DNA of 16,681 bases from an uncultured archaeon. Its GTDB lineage: Archaea > Hadarchaeota > Hadarchaeia > Hadarchaeales > WYZ-LMO6. Below the pieces are notes generated by a model that saw only the letters and a list, made by a program, of their open reading frames with translations, made no database searches and was not told where the DNA came from. The stretch lies in contig CALJER010000024.1 in NCBI GenBank assembly GCA_938074535.1, positions 1-16,681 on the forward strand, written 5' to 3'. The stretch's first letter is position 1, and every line of letters begins with the position of its first letter. The translations under genes were made by a program, and so were the position numbers. Below are positions 16,182-16,681 of this stretch, in pieces.

Positions 16182-16681
16182 GGATCGAGGAGGTGAGGGG
16201 AAGGAAGATCCTGGACAGCAGGGGCGAGCCCACGGTGGAGGTGGAGGTGAGGGGAGGAGGGGGCTTCGGGAGGGGATCGGCGCCCAGCGGCAGGAGCAGG
16301 GGAAAGCATGAGGCGGTGGCCTTCCCCCCGGGAGGGGTGGATGCCTCCCTCACCCTCCTGAAGAAGGAGCTCTCCCCCAGGCTGGTGGGCATGGAGCTGG
16401 ATTTCAGGAGGGTGGATGCCTTCCTCAGGGAGGCGGACGGCACCCCCAACTTCTCCAGGATAGGGGGAAACCTGGCCGTGGCCCTCTCCTTCGCCGTGGC
16501 CAAGGCCGAGGCCTCCGCCAAGGGCCTTCCCCTCTACCGCCTGCTCGGAAAGGGCTCCGTCCTGCCCCTCCCCCTCGGGAACGTGCTGGGAGGGGGGGCG
16601 CACGCCGGAGGGGGGGGCACGGACCTGCAGGAGCTCCTGGTGGTTCCCACGGGGGCGAGGAGCTTCCAGGAAGCCGCCCTG
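16178..16681 (+). CDS. eno: Enolase, 5' part only (not in ORF track)
   Basis: ATGA overlap with DHH stop; MRIEEVRGRKILDSRGEPTVEVEV...APSGRSRGKHEA...DGTPNFSRIGGN...NVLGGGAHA...LQEL; open to the window end. Confidence 0.95.
   Translation, partial: MRIEEVRGRKILDSRGEPTVEVEVRGGGGFGRGSAPSGRSRGKHEAVAFPPGGVDASLTLLKKELSPRLVGMELDFRRVDAFLREADGTPNFSRIGGNLAVALSFAVAKAEASAKGLPLYRLLGKGSVLPLPLGNVLGGGAHAGGGGTDLQELLVVPTGARSFQEAAL

Overview
High-GC archaeal chromosomal segment (strong AGG/GAG codon bias, archaeal BRE-TATA promoters, aIF2-gamma, Kae1/Bud32, uS15; Hadarchaeota-like is only a guess). Left to right: 5' part of a secreted surface protein (minus strand, missing from the ORF track); Mo/W cofactor genes moaC, moaB, moeA; a divergent type IV pilus-like module (pilin-like protein, Cys-rich VirB11/TadA-family ATPase with atypical motifs, TadC/GspF-like membrane protein); eif2g; a small Cys-rich protein; a minus-strand split transketolase + rpe operon; then kae1, bud32, rdgB, a short rps15, a RecJ-like DHH protein and the start of eno. 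The least explained sequence is two long intergenic stretches (935-1103 minus, ~2903-3156 plus) flanking moaB-moeA. By hand folding, each gives a long stem topped by a tight four-way junction with a possible pseudoknot; I could not assign either to a known RNA class. All protein calls are from motif recognition and all RNA folds are manual; no searches were run.
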